Shown here: piece by piece, positions 1 to 15,100 of the stretch
How positions within the stretch are numbered: the stretch's first letter is position 1
Layout of the letters: every line of letters begins with the position of its first letter
Assembly (NCBI RefSeq): GCF_006345805.1
Contig: NC_043013.1
Location: 15,128,001 to 15,192,000 of the forward strand
Reading direction: 5' to 3'
DNA: 64,000 nt
From: Octopus sinensis
Taxonomy: Eukaryota
Made by a program: the position numbers and the translations under genes
The notes under the pieces: generated by a model
The model's database searches: none
What the model saw: the letters and a program-made list of their open reading frames with translations, nothing else
What the model was told of the DNA's origin: nothing

Positions 1-279
1 GAAGAGATCCATGGTGGAGAGGGTCAAGATCCAGATGTTGCTCCGTATCAGTATGACGACCGTTTCGAGAACGGTGAAGTCTTTGTAAACATTAATACAA
101 TACAGCAATGCAGTGAGGAGGAAGAAACTCAGACTGGCTGCACAGCAAATAAGAAACCACACAAACAATGTGTGGTTATTCTTCGCAACACACTTCAGCA
201 GAAAGAGGCAATGATGGTCCATATTTTGGAAGCATGTCACACAGAGGCGGCAATGTTTCACTCGAGGACTTCGGACAAT
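1..279 (-). CDS. DHHC gene exon 9 (catalytic cysteine-rich domain and TM3), partial
   Basis: Acceptor tttctag|ATT, phase 0. Reads [46 protein letters not shown] and stays open to base 1. DHHC codons at 208-219. Confidence 0.93.
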   Translation of the reverse strand, partial: MVRSPRVKHCRLCVTCFQNMDHHCLFLLKCVAKNNHTLFVWFLICCAASLSFFLLTALLYCINVYKDFTVLETVVILIRSNIWILTLSTMDLF

Positions 280-3200
280 CTAGAAAACGAAAGAAAATTA
301 TTAAAATTAAAATAGACAGGAATTGCATAATGAAAATTCTATATTATTATTATCATTTTTTTACTTTTAACCTGCATGTTTGTTACAGTCACTTGCTGAG
401 ATACCCCAGTGTCCTGGGGCGAATGAAGGATAAGAGATGTTACAAGTATGACTGAAAGCTTGTGGAGGGGAAGTAGCAAAATATCTTCAGGTAATACAAA
501 ACAGACATTTAAATGGATAGGGTTTTTCCAAGGATGTGGGTAGTACTTGTCAGAACAGTCTTTTGGATTTCTCTGAGACATGGTTCTCCTGGGATGTTAT
601 CTGGATGTTTCTGACATCCATTTTTATCATATCTAGGGCACCCACAATAACAAGAACAGTTCTCTTTTTAAGATACCACAAATTTTGTATTTCAATCACT
701 GGGTCCTTATATTTTTTTGATAATGTCAAATCCCTTGATAGATATATTTTTATCAATGGGAACACTTATATCTATAAGTCTACAAGTATTTTCTTCCCTG
801 TCTTTAATGATTATGCTTGATTAGCCAGGATGATTCTGTTGGTGTTGACTGCAAAATCCCAGAGGATAGTGACATTTTTACCTTCAACGACTGGCTTAGG
901 ATGATGTTCATACCAGTAAGCAGGAATGCTGATTTTGTAGTGATGCTGGGTGCTTTTCACATGCTTCCACAGTAGAAAAAATTGCCTGGACTGATGCATT
1001 GTTTCAAATGGAGAATACTTTGAAGGTGATAAAATTATAAACATGTAAATCTAAGTGAATAAAATAATACTGCAAGATTCCAGTTTTTTTTTAGTATCTC
1101 TTCATATATACGAAAGTGTGTGTGTGTGTGGGTGAAATAATTTTTACAATGTAAATAGTGGGAAAAAAAACAAAAAAAAAAAAATTTAATTAGTATAAAA
1201 ATCAAAGATATGTTTAACTTACTTCACACTCTTCACAAAATATTTCGACTTTCAATGGTGGAACACACAGATCTTTTAGTGTATAAGGGCAATTAGTGCC
1301 ATCTTTAGACAGGGAGTACCGGATTGTACCTGAAGAGTAAATAATAAAATGATGGATACCAGAGAATTTGAAAAAATAAAATTGAGAAATACCAGGACCT
1401 AGTCAGAGAGATTGTGGAACACAAAGGTGACAATAGTTCCTGTGGTAATTGGTGCATTTGGCATAAAAACTCAAACTGATACCTAAGGGAATGAAGGATA
1501 TTGGAATTGAGGCATGCACTATCAACCTGCAGAAAAGTACAACCTTGTATTCTGCAAGAATCTTAAAGATTCTTAAGATTTGAGGAGACTTGTTGTCACC
1601 AAACCACTGAACCTCAAGATAGCATCTTCCTAAAAAAATATTTACAACAACAACATCAGGGAGGCGCAATGGCCCAATGGTTAGGGCATCCCAGACCGGG
1701 CATTGTGTGTGTTTATTGAGCGAAAACACCAAAAGCTCCACGAGGCTCTGGCAGGGGGTGGTGGCGACCCCTGTTGTACTCTTTCGCCCCAACTTTCTCT
1801 CACTTTTTCTTCCTGTTTCTTATCCCCGACTTCCTACATAACTGCTGAGCCTGGATGCGCATTCATCCATCCGTCGATGCTCTCGGTGTCGCGGGTTGAC
1901 CTGCTTTCTCTTCTGCGGGTCTTACGAATAGCAAAGGACCACGTTTTGGACTTCTCCCATCTTGTGAGCTCTGGGACGAAGACCGTTCGCTCAACAGCAA
2001 CAACAACAATAATGGACTCTCCCGTCAAAGATGACATATGAGTGTTCAGCTTTTGTTGAACGACCTGTACAAATGATTTGTTTATAGTGATCAAATGCAG
2101 GTGCTGTACATTAGCTTACTCCTCCATCAAATCGACGTTGCCCGAACAGGAGCACTGTGTACCATGCATCAGGTGGTAATGTGATTGTAGAGCAATGCAA
2201 GATGAAATGTTTTGCTCAAGAACACAACATTTCACCGGTTCTAGGAATTGAAACCACGATCTTGCAATCATGAGTACAACACCCAAACCACTAGACCATG
2301 TACCTTCACAATGTACCTTCACAATAATAATAATAATAATAAGGCCTGGAATTTGTGGGGAGGGAGCTAGTCAATTACATCAACCCTGATGTATTTATTC
2401 TATCAACCCTGAAAAGATGAAAGGCAAAGTCATCCTTGGCATTTGAACTCAGAACATAGAGACAGACAATGTGGCGGTGGCAACGACGGCAACGCTGATT
2501 TCAAATTCTGACACAAGGCCAGCAATTTCGAAGGAAAGGGTAAATCAATTACATCAGCCCCAGTGCTCAACTGGTACTTATTTTATTGACTTCAAAAGGA
2601 TGAAAGGAAAAGTCAACATTAATGGTATTTGAACTCAGAACATTAAAAGACAGATGAAATATATTCTAATCGCATGTCCAAGAGTACTGGAGCTATAACC
2701 TCTCAATGTGGAGTAGTGGCTCAACCTGGAGAGACTCCCTGATCTCAGAGCTATACATTCTGTCAAGAAACCCCATTTCAGCTGCTGGCATTCACAACTG
2801 TAGTCTTTTAGTCATTACCCAACGTTTGTGACCATATGTGAGGGTAGGCATAGAATTGTCTCTATCAATATGTGATGATAACCACCTTATCACATGACCA
2901 GAATCTGGATCCTGTGATGACAACCATGAAATTATCTCTATTAATGTGTAATGCCAGTCATCACATCATCTGGCTCTGGATCCTGTAAAGACAAATTTAT
3001 AATATTTGCTTTGAATACAAAAAATATAATACACCTACCAGGATCGGTCCTCAGCATTTTCCAGTATAAATACAACAAAAGGGTCGTCAAAAATGGGGAA
3101 AGACAATGCAAAAATATATAATCTCTGGTATCTGAAAGTTGAATTAAGGAATGGTAGGATATCTAAGTCAATGTCATCACAAAACACGTATTCATGATTG

Positions 3201-3977
3201 TAAATTAAGATGGCAATAACGCTAGTATCGGTGGGCGGCATGGTTGCTGATGTTGTTTGACCTCAGGTCATACCTTGTTGAGCAGAAGTGACCATTCTGT
3301 AATTTAATGGCAGAAGAGAGTAAGCTGAAAAAAAATTTGGCTGCTTTTTCTAGCAGGTCAAGTGAGGCTTCTCCCATAAATGATACTCTATCAATGTGAT
3401 GGTGCAGGCAACAGAATAATATATGTCTTTGTTCTTCCTTTTCTGTGATTACATGGGTTAGATGAAATCTGTTGAAGCAAATTTTCTATGGCCAGATGCT
3501 CTATCAGTCACCAACCCTCACCTATTTCCAAGCAAGGTAATATTTCCCCATGGCTCAACATCTTTTACACAGAAGACTGGAAACGAACCACACTGCTTGT
3601 TTGACAGTGATGCTTGTTTACAACAATGACCTGATGTCACGACATGGGTACACACTCATAAATACGTAGATAGATAAACAGATAGACAGATAGGTAGATA
3701 GATACACACACACACACGCATACAACGGGCTCCTTTTTGTTTCCATCAAGCAAAACTACACAAAGCTTTGGTCAGTCTAAGGCTATAGAAGAGAAGTGGC
3801 CAAACTGCCATGCATTGGGATTGAACCCAAGACCACATGGTTGGAAAGCAAACTTCTTAACTACACAGCCACACAAGATTTGGTTGCTATTTGTAGCAGG
3901 TCAATCTACTCAAGTAGCAATGTGGCAATACAAACTGTGGACTCATGGAACGTTTGAGCTATAATATCAGCTATATA

Positions 3978-4043
<66 letters not shown>

Positions 4044-5092
4044 CCACACACACACACATATATACATATATAGATATATGTGTGTGTGTATATATATATA
4101 CACACACACACACATATATATATAACACACACACACATATATATATTATACACACACACGCATATGTACATCATCATCATCATCATCCTCCTTTAATGGC
4201 CATTTCCTATGCTGGCATGGGTTGGATGGTTTGACTACAGCTAGCAAGTTGGAAAGCTGCATCAACTTCTAGTCTGATTTGGCTTACATATATATATAAA
4301 TGAGTAGTATAAGGTGTGGATTCAGAAAATTGTGTGGCTATCACAGGAAGTTTTTCCTTTGGATTCGGCTAACAGTCTACATAATAATCAATTTGAAAAG
4401 AGTGTAATGTAGTGTCCATGTAATGGAAAATATCGATGTTCTGGTGATCTGATGAGCTAGCTTTCGTTATTTACATTAATTTGTGAATACACAATTGTAC
4501 TGTATAATGCTGAGCATACATCATCATCATCATCGTTTAACGTCCGCTTTCCATGCAAGCATGGTTGGACGATTTTGACTGAGGGCTGGCGAACCAGATG
4601 GCTGCACTAGGCTCCAATCTTGATCTGGCAGAGTTTCTACAGATGGATGCCCTTCCCAATGCCAACAAGCTGTCGAGACTCTGCCAGATCAAGATTATTT
4701 ATTTCAAGATTTCAAGATTTATTTCAAGATTATTTATTTTTTATTACATATTTATTTCAAATTTTTGCACAATGCCAGCAATTTTGGTGAAGCGGGTAAG
4801 TCAATTACATTGACCCCCGAAAGAATGAAAGGCAAAGCCAACCTTGGTGGTCATGCTGAGCATATAGATTAACCCAAACAAGAACGCGTAATTTCTGCCA
4901 TACTGAAATTAATAATACATGAATAGGCGCAGGAGTGGCTGTGTGGTAAGTAGCTTGCTTACGAACCATATGGTTCCGGGTTCAGTCCCACTACATGGCA
5001 CCTTGGGCAAGTGTCTTCTACTATAGCTTCGGGCCGACCAAAGTCTTGTGAGTGGATTTGTAGATGGTAACTAAAAGAAGCTCGTCGTATAA

Positions 5093-5144
<52 letters not shown>

Positions 5145-8100
5145 TATAGATATATATATATATATATATACATATATATGTAAGTGTGTGTGTGTGTGTA
5201 TATGTTTTTCCCCCACATCGCTTAACAACCAATGCTGGTGTGTTTACGTCCCCGTAACTTAGTGGTTTGGCAAAAGAGACTGATAGAATAAGTACTAGGC
5301 TTACAAAGAATAAGGCGGCGCTCCAGCATGGCCACAGTCAAATGACTGAAACAAGTAAAAGAGTAAAGAGTAAGGTTGTGAAACAACCATGATCCTATGG
5401 AAGTCAGGTGGTTAAATAAATATATATGTTCATCTCTCATTATCTCCTGACTTAATGGTTTTACACACACATGCATCAACTTTAGAGTCCTTTGGAACTG
5501 GGTTCAAATCACGATTTTGTGTTTTTAATTTTTTACTTATTTGACAAAGGAAATACTAGTGGTTGTTACTGTTTAGCTCTGATGAAGCCCTGAACTGAGA
5601 AAACATGTGATCAAACATATCCCAATCATTCCATCTTATTTCCAACATAGGGTTCTCCAGATTACATCTGCCAATATGTCTTTTTTTGTTCTTAAAACCT
5701 CAGGAGCTCTTTCAAGCCAAAGAAATGACAACTATTGCAAGAAATATCAGCCAAATCTCCATCAAATCACATCTTATCAATAAAAACGAAGGAAAAACTC
5801 TTTGGATAAATGTAGTCCTGGATATACTGTGCATAAAATAAGATGAAATTATCATGGCTAAATGACTCTGAACACAGGTCTGCTTGGTCAAGGTTGACCT
5901 GGAGTTAAACAAATACAACAGGATTTACTGTCGTTGTTTAGTCCCAATCAATTTTGATCAAGCAGATCTATGCTTTAGGCCATTCCAACTTCGACCATCC
6001 TGCTTTTAAAGGGGTATGTACTTTTCTGGGTATGTGATGTTTTAGCATCATTGATTCAACACTAACTTATTTAGACGTTTTAATGACTCTCTTGCTCTTT
6101 CCCCACCTCTCTCTCTCTGTTTATGTGTGTGAGTATATATCTCTTTATGCATATGAGGAGAAGGAAAGTGTTTATGTCAGTCCCATGCAAAATTCTGGGC
6201 ATCCAAACAGCTGTCCCATTTGACTTATTCCAACATTTTCTCAAGTGCCCATTCCTTATTTAAATTTATAGGATGAGATTTGGGGGAAATTTGGCTGCTA
6301 TTTCTAACAGATTGAGTGGCCCCTTTAAAGGCACAACTAAGAATGAAGATGAGAAACAGAGAGCAAAGCAAACATGGGAGATAATTGTGTTACCAAAAAA
6401 GGATACTTGGTAATAAAATCAAAAAGTAGGTAAATATTGAATAAAGGAGACCGGCAGAAAACATCCCAGCATAAACAGGGTTCGGCCATCTGAGAAAACA
6501 AAGGGACAAAATAATATTAACCATTTTGTTATTAATATATTTCTGTTGAAATATACTGGGTTAATTTCGATTAATTTTAAAAATAAAGTCTAATTTACTA
6601 AAACAGACGTCGTTATGTTGCTGGTGTTTTTGAACAATAAATTAACTTGAAATTTTGATGGAAAGTTATAATTTAGATAAATTTTAAAACAAGGACCAAA
6701 ACTGGTCACAGGCAGGCTAGTATCAAAAAGGTTAAAGAACAATAAAAAGAAAAAACACATTGAAATAAGTACTGACAAGGTGATAGCACACTCACACACA
6801 CGAACACATCACTGCCACCACCACCAACATGCTCCTCATCCTTTTAATGTCCACTTCCCCATGCTTCCATGGCTCAGATAGATTTTGATGAAGCAGATTT
6901 TCTATGACCAGATGCCCTTCCTGCCACACCATTTACCTGTTTCAAGCAAGGTAATATTTCCCCATGGTCAGAAATGTTTTTTTAAGAAGTTTGCAAAGGC
7001 ACAGCTCTGCTTGAATGGCAAGGGTACTCATTTACAATCAGCATATAATATCAAAACAAGGGTACAGACAAATACAGACACACACACACAATGCCCATTT
7101 CTTCCTCTTCCAGTCCTTTCAGCATGTGGTGACCATTCAATTTAGGCACACTTATTCTTTTCTCTTTATTTTTCTCTCCCCTCATCTACCCTTTCTGTAG
7201 AAGAGAACAGGCTCAAAGCATTAAAGACTTCTCCCAATTTTCTTGAGCATTAATCATAACACACCCAGTTTGTTTTGTTTTTTTTACACCTCTGCCAGTT
7301 CATTGCCTTAACCCTTTAGCATTCAAATTAAATTGCATTACAATTCTTATTTACTGACTTAGTTTTGAATTAATCAGCCATAATCTTGTACCTTTGAGAT
7401 TTTGATGATGAGATTGTATATTTTTTGAATGACATTCATTTTACCACAGGTGTGAGAAACCCAATCTAGTTGGTTTGAACAGGAAATAGGTAGAATATTT
7501 TGGCTGGTTTAAATACTAAAGGATTAAATATGAGACATAATATCGACTTACTTGCATACATGATTCATTCTGTGTGAATGTTTCCTGAGAAGAAATAGAA
7601 AGTAGAGGAGAGCAAAGATGGCAACAGCGCCTTGGTACTGGTCTCCCGTCATATGTGCAATAACAAGCATACTGGTATAGACAAGGCAGGGCTGTAGTAG
7701 TTGAAGCCACCAGATAAACAATGGACTTGGAGGTTTCTGGTTGCTGTTTTTTGAAGACATATATGACAGGAGAGACACCAGCTGTTTATGGCTGCAAATG
7801 GAGAAAGAATGGAGATAGATTCTGGTGAAATATATGTGATGATTTAAAAGAGAAAGAGAAAGAGAGAATCGACAAACATCATCATCATCATTTAATGTCT
7901 GTTTTCCATGCTGGCATGGGTTGGATGGCTTGACAGGAACTGGTAAGGCCAGGGGCTGTACCAGGTTCCATAGACTGTTTTGGCCTGGTTTCTACAGCTG
8001 GATTCCCTTCCTAATGCCAAACACTCCTCAGAATGTATTGGGTGCTTTTTACACAGCACCAAGACCAGTGCTTTATACATGGCACCAGCGCTATTGCTTT

Positions 8101-8897
8101 TTATGTGGCACCTTAGTTTTAGGATCTTAATTCAATTGACAAACATTCAGTTACATAAATGTCTACTGACTTGTGTTGCAGATGAGGAGTATTATGATGA
8201 AGTATTTGATATGGAAAGACACACAGTATAAGGTAGGGCTAGATGCATTGGCTGAAAAACTAAGACAAGATGGTCATGGATGGAATGCCTTTGATGAAAG
8301 GGGCTGCTTCATTAAAACTAAACAAGAATTTTTTTTTTTTTTTTTTTTAGTTTTAATGGATACACTTGCAGCAGAGAAACTAAGATGATATGGTCGTGGA
8401 TGGAATGCCTTTGATGAAAAAGACTGCTTTGTTAAAACTAAACAACAAAAAAGAAAAATTAAGCTTACTCGTTCTTTTTTTTTGGATTTTGAAGAACCAG
8501 GTCTAGTGGCGTCATATTCTGTTTGTTTTTCATGCGTAACAGACTACAATCCCCAACATTCAACAAAATCCAAGAAATATGGCTAAAACCTTCCTTTGCA
8601 GTTAGGTGTAGCACTGTATTTCCGTCGACATCTTTCTGGAACACATCAGAACGCTGTGGACAAACAAACAAGTCGTTAGTAATACGTCAAATACATTTAT
8701 TATAAAGATAAATATAGAATATATAACAGAGTTCAAGTGATAATATATATGTAGGCGTGGCTGAGTGGTAAGAAGCTTGCTTCCCAACCACATGGTTCTG
8801 GGTTCAGTCCCACTGCATGGCACCTTGGGCAAGTGTCCTTGGGTCGACCAAAGCCTTGTGAGTGGATATGGGGGTCAGAAACTGAAAGAAGCCCATC

Positions 8898-8944
<47 letters not shown>

Positions 8945-9127
8945 AATTATATATTATGTATGCATTGTAAACTATGTGCATACAAGATGTGTCGTGGGGT
9001 CACAGAGTGGTATAGCTCTTGATATGCTAGCAAATACACACACACACACACACACACATACACATGTGGTTTGTATATGTTAGTGTTTGTGTGTGGGTGA
9101 ATGTATATCATGCACATTTGTATGTAG

Positions 9128-9160
<33 letters not shown>

Positions 9161-12100
9161 CACACACACATTATCATCACCATTTAATGCCTGTTTTCAA
9201 TGCTAGCATGGGATGGACAGTTTCATCAGAACTAGCAAGCTGTACCAAGTTCTAGCCTGATTTGGTATGGTTTCTATGGCTAGATGCCATTTGTAATGCC
9301 AACCACTTTACAGAATGTGCTGGGTGCCACTTACATGGACCAGCATGAGTGCTTTCTGCATAGACTGGCACATGTGCTTTTAATGCACACACATGGGGTG
9401 CACGGTTGTATATTTGTCACATATTTTTATACACATGTATATATGCATGTGTACATTTTTGTACATGTTTACATGTATATATTATATACATATGTATTTA
9501 TATGTATGAGTGTATATGTCAAGTGTTTATTTGCATGTGTGTGTGTGTGTGTATACTAACAATAATGACTACACATGGTGGTGTCCAAGCTATGTATAAG
9601 CAGACTTTATCAAAAATTACTTACCAAAACAAGAGGCCCAAATAATTTTTATATCACAGGACCTTTTGGCATCAATAAAAAAAAAACACAAATGCAACAG
9701 TCTGCCTGAAGAATTTCAGGAAATTTATAACTTGCAATAATTTCAAAGGAAACACCAAAAGAACCTTGAAATGTCATAATAATAACAATAATAATAATAG
9801 TAATAATAACGATGATGATGATGATGATGAATGAATGAAATTATTGTGTATAGTGCTCAGATGCACTACAACTTATCAAAGGTGAATGTATAGTACATAG
9901 AATTATGTACAAATGCCAGGAAAGTGAACAGTGTATGAGTCATGATATATATGTGTGCATGCATAAGGAGGTGGGGATATCAGGTGTGGTGTTGGCAGAT
10001 TTCAGGAAGCATGGAGGTTTTAAAGGATGCAATGTCTCGGCAGCCATTAAATGATGCAGGTAATTTGTTCCATGCTTCAGTGTGAAAAAAATATTTCCGA
10101 AAGTCATGGGAGCCGTGCTGTTTTCATATTATACCTCCATATCATGGTATTACTCTCTTTTACTCTTTACTCTTTTACTTGTTTCAGTCATTTGACTGCG
10201 GCCATGCTGGAGCACCGTCTTTAGTCGAGAAAATCGACCCTGGGACTTCTTCTTTGTAAGCCCAGTACTTATTCTATCAGTCTCTTTTGCCGAACCGCTA
10301 AGTGACGGGGACGTAAACACACCAGCATCGGTTGTCAAGCAATGCTAGGGGGACAAACACAGACACACAAACATATACACACACACTTATATATATATAC
10401 ATATATACGACAGGCTTCTCTCAGTTTCCGTCTACCAAATCCACTCACAAGGCATTAGTTGGCCCAAGGCTATAGCAGAAGACACTTGCCCAAGATGCCA
10501 CGCAGTGGGACTGAACCCGGAACCATGTGGTTGGTTAGCAAGCTACTTACCACACAGCCACTCCTGCGCCTATTATTTTACATTTATTTCAAATAGTGGT
10601 GCATTTAGATTTCTAAATAATTGCTGCTACACAACATTTGAAGAAATCCTTGAATAAATAATATTCTATATTCTTTATCAAAGTATAACTGACATAAAGT
10701 ACTGAGTGTTCAGTTTGGTTTATCACTAAAACTCCAGCTTGCAACTGAAAAATGTGGTGTTGAGACTGCCTATCAAAGGTGACTAAAAGTGGTTTCTCCT
10801 TGATATACATATTTATATATGATGGGCTTCTTTCCATTTCCGTCTACAAAATCTACTCACAAGGCCTCAGTCTATCTGATGTTATAGTGGGGGGAAGCAC
10901 TCCGTCGGTTACGACAACGAGGGTTCTGGTTGATCCGTTCAACGGAACAGCCTGCTCGTGAAATTAACGTGGAAGTGGCTGAGTACTCCACAGACATGTG
11001 TACCCTTAACGTAATTCTCGGGGATATTCAGCGTGACACAGAGAGTGACAAGGCCGGCCCTTTGAAATACAGGTACAACAGAAACAGGAAGTAAGAGTGA
11101 GAGAAAGTTGTGGTGAAAGAGTACAGTAGGGATCACCACCATCCCTGCCGGAGCCTCGTGGAGCTTTAGGTGTTTTCGCTCAATAAACACTCACAACGCC
11201 CGGTCTGGGAATCGAAACTGCGATCCTACAACCGTGAGTCCGCTGCCCTAACACTGGGCCATTGCGCCTCCGAATGATGTTATAGTACAAGCAGTATCAA
11301 TGGTTAGGAGGTGATCTTCTTAACCACACAGTTACGCCTCCTGTGTGTTTATGTAAGTATACTGCCGTTGTTGTTGTCTTGCTCCCATGTTATGCTACAC
11401 GAATATAAACAGGCCAGTCCTCACCTAGGGCTAAATGACAACATCCAGATAAACCAGTATCTGTAGCTTTAGGCTGTGTATTTATACCTTACATCCAGAA
11501 TGGGGAGATGTAAGGTAGATAACTCTACTTACTCCAACTAAAAGTAGAAACTGTGTCCCAACACGAGCCATCGAGGAGCCACCGTGTTGTCACTCAACCT
11601 ACAAGAAATAACAGCCAAATCCATCTGAAATCACAATGTAGAGTCTTACAAGAGATACATCCAATAATGCAATTCTAGGTATATTATTGTTAAAAGAAAG
11701 AAGGGATTGTTAAAACTGTAATATCTTCGATTACAGGATTGCTTGAACAGCGCTGACCTAGAGGTAGTGGTTTTGTCTATAGCTTTCACAAGTTGTTTAA
11801 GATGTGTGAGATTGGCGTGGTTAATCTAATTAAATAGTTGAAAGTCAACAGCTGTATGGAAAGCATAAATGAGAAAGAATTCCAGACAACTTGCGTTTTG
11901 GGGAGAAAGGACAGGGTGTAGTGGGGCTAAACAACAATGGAAATAGCCATTATATATTTTTTTTGTGGTTTCTATTTTGAAAAAAAAAATCACTACAAAC
12001 AGCAGGAATTAATATAAAATATAAAATAGCAATTCCTTATATGAGAATTGCTATTTGGCCATAAATTTGGAATGATGGAGATGAGCAGACTATATCACAC

Positions 12101-15100
12101 CAGTGCTTAACAGGCACTTATTTTATCAACTGAGTAAGGACGGAAGATAAAGTTGGCCCTGCTGAGATTTTGACTCAGTATGTAAATGTAAATAAATACT
12201 GTAAAGCATTATTTTTACTGTCATTCCACAGATTCAGCAATTCTACTGCCCTTAAAATGGTAAAAAACAAACAATATGTATATATGTAAAAAAAAGCATT
12301 AGAAAAACCTGATTTTTGGTGAGATACTTCAAAGCTTCTAAGTGACCCATTTGACAGACAATATGGAGTGGAGTCTGGAGGTTGTTGTCCATTGATTGAA
12401 GACTCAAATTATGGACGCTGTTGAGGTAATGGAGAACACACCTACAAGAGAGAGAGCAAAGAAAACCCAGTAACAACAAGGTCAGCTCAATAAAGGTTAA
12501 CACAGGGCTAAACAACATTATATTTGATCTGTAAGCACCTATCCAACTGCTAAACTAAAGAAACATGTATGCATGAATATGTGGATGGATGGAATAAGAA
12601 AAATACATATATGTCCTATTGTATTGCCTGTGCCAGTGGCACATGACCTGCTGTGCTTGAGGAGACCTATTGAGTCAAGTACATCAACATCAAAATAAAT
12701 ATCAAATGGAAATTGTAGATGTGATACCTGTGCCGATGGCACTGAAAAGCACCATCTGAACGTGGCCGATGCCAGCGCTGCCTTGGCTGGCTTCTGTGCC
12801 GGTAGCACGTAAAAAGCACCAACCGATCGTTGCCGCTGCCAGCCTCCCCTGGCACCTGTGCCAGTGGCACATAAAAGGCACCCACTACACTCACGGAGTG
12901 ATTGGCGTTAGGAAGAGCATCCAGCTGTAGAAACACTGCCAGATCAGACTGGAGCCTGGTGCAGCCTTCTGGCTTCCCAGACCCCGGTCGAACCGTCCAA
13001 CCCGTGTTAGCACGGAAAATGGACATTAAATGATGATGATGATATAGCCTGCTTTTTAGAAAAGATACACTGCATACTTGAATGTAATAAGAAGATACTA
13101 GACTGTCAACAACCCAGTCTACTGAGCTGTATGTAGGTACTATACGTGACATATTTCACTAGAAGAAGTGGAAGAGTTTATGCTCCAGTATAACCAGACA
13201 GTGGTCAGAACAAGGCATGAGAGTCAAGCAATAGTGGATGATGGACATCATATACACATTAGTCACCACTGCCTGACCTTTCAGGGATAGCTTTCTCTCA
13301 GCCCATTTCTAGGTGAAAGTAGTCACCCCACTCATTACCTCATCCCAGTTTTTGTCCATCTGGAGGTCAAGACCGAGCCAGACCCTGAGCAATTTAACGG
13401 TCTGTCCGTCCAGCATCCAACAACACAGTGAGATGGCATGCACTTGCTTCTCCAGGTGCTGATCCGCAAGCCCACTGATTTTTCCTGGTTGATCGTCACT
13501 CCTGAAACCACCTCATAGTCTCTGAGAGCAGGGTCGATCATTTCTATGTGTTTATGATCTAACACCACTATGGTGACATCATCAGCACATGCCAACACGC
13601 ATCTCCCACACCTTAGGTCACATGGGATACCCCTCAATGCCTCCAGTTTGTGTAGTAGTGGCTCAAGAGTCAGTACATACAAGAGAGACGAGAGGGGGCA
13701 ACCTTATCGGACCAAGCGCATGATGTTGAACGGTTCTAAGAGGTGACTGTTCACTCTGACCACTGATGTGCATTGCAGTGATCCAGCCCTTCAATACAGG
13801 TCCAAAACTAGCTATCTTGAGGTATAAATGGTTGACCCTATCGAAAGCTTTAGACTGATCTAAATTGATCAGGGCCCCACCCATGCCAGGTTCTTTAGCC
13901 ACTTTCTCAATGATGTATTGCATGAGGTAGGGGTTATTATGGATGGATCTTTTCATGATGACGTATGTCTCTGTCTCCCCTACCAGATCCCTGATGACAA
14001 GCACCAATGTTGTAGCTAACACCTTGGCCAAAATTTTGAACCCTGCATTTAACAGTTGTCAATACAATATCCCTTGTTTGGGTCTTTCTTCAGCAACACC
14101 ACTGCTCCTTGGTTCACAAAACTGGGAATTCTCTCATTCTGTTGCTGGTTACAGTAAATGCTAAGAGGTCGCCAAAAAAATCTGGCATGTAAATGTAAAG
14201 CTCATAGGGTAGACCATCTAAACCAGGCAATTTACCCCTCAATGGTTTCAAATTTTAGCACAAGGCCAGCAATTTCAGGGAGAGAATAAGTCAATTTCAT
14301 CAACCCCAGTGTTCAACTGGTACTTATTTTATCGAACGGATGAAAGGCAAAGTTGACCTCAGTGGAATTTGAACTCAGAATAATAATAATCCTTTCTACT
14401 AAAGGCACAAGGCCTGAATTGTTGGGGGAGGGGACTAGTCGATTACATCAACACCAGTGGTTTACTGGTACTTAATTTATTGACCCCAAGAGGATGAAAG
14501 GCAAAGTTGACCTCAGAATAATAATAATAATAATAATAATAATACAGTATTATAAGTGCAATAAAAAACAAAAATTTCATACGCACACACTTCCACTTTG
14601 TGCAGCATGGTGCACAACTGAACGTCCTTGCTTGTCTGTTAGCTGGATGTCTGCATTATGTTGTAACATTAGGTGTACATTGGACGCAATTCCACGACGG
14701 CACACATAGTGCAGAGGTGTTTCATCGAAGTCATTACACATGTTTGGGTCAGCACCTGCCTCCAAAAGTAGGTAGATTATAGTCCAGTCACCTCCAAGAG
14801 ATGCCTTGTGCAATGGTGTCTGAGAATGCCAACCTGGAAACAGAACAAAAAAGTGAAAATTTTAATCATTGTTCAAAAAATAAATTATGATGAATACAAG
14901 GATATGGAAATGACAAAGACCGAGACCCCTGAGATATGCTGTGACTGTGAAGACCCAACAAATGAAGTGAGGCCTGCTGTGCTAACCTTTGATCATAGAG
15001 TGTCCCGCTGTTCTCGAGGAGACCTATTGAGTCAAATACGTCAACACCAACATCAAAATAAAAATCAAATGGAAATTGTAGTTAAGACACCCGTGCCGGT

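Noticed and set aside
3155-3162. ATATCCT (minus strand) as an AT-AC U12 donor
   Set aside because: It lies just upstream of the branch point inside the GT-AG U12 intron, and no compatible exon or AC acceptor exists.
3035-3241. ORF-track peptide MPPTDTSV... as an exon
   Set aside because: Wrong frame. The real exon (3039-3131) is in another frame and carries the DPG motif.
3906-4234. YIYI/HTHT-type ORFs here and at 4959-5228, 8733-9255, 18897-19165 and 46379-46744
   Set aside because: Translations of (TA)n/(CA)n microsatellites; no coding signal.
5570-5615. CTGATGA...GAAA hammerhead-like words
   Set aside because: Stem II and stem I do not pair adequately; too degenerate to support.
5712-5918. 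ORF as a missing DHHC exon
   Set aside because: Repeat-like sequence; exon 6407-6489 already joins the flanking exons in phase with family-like residues.
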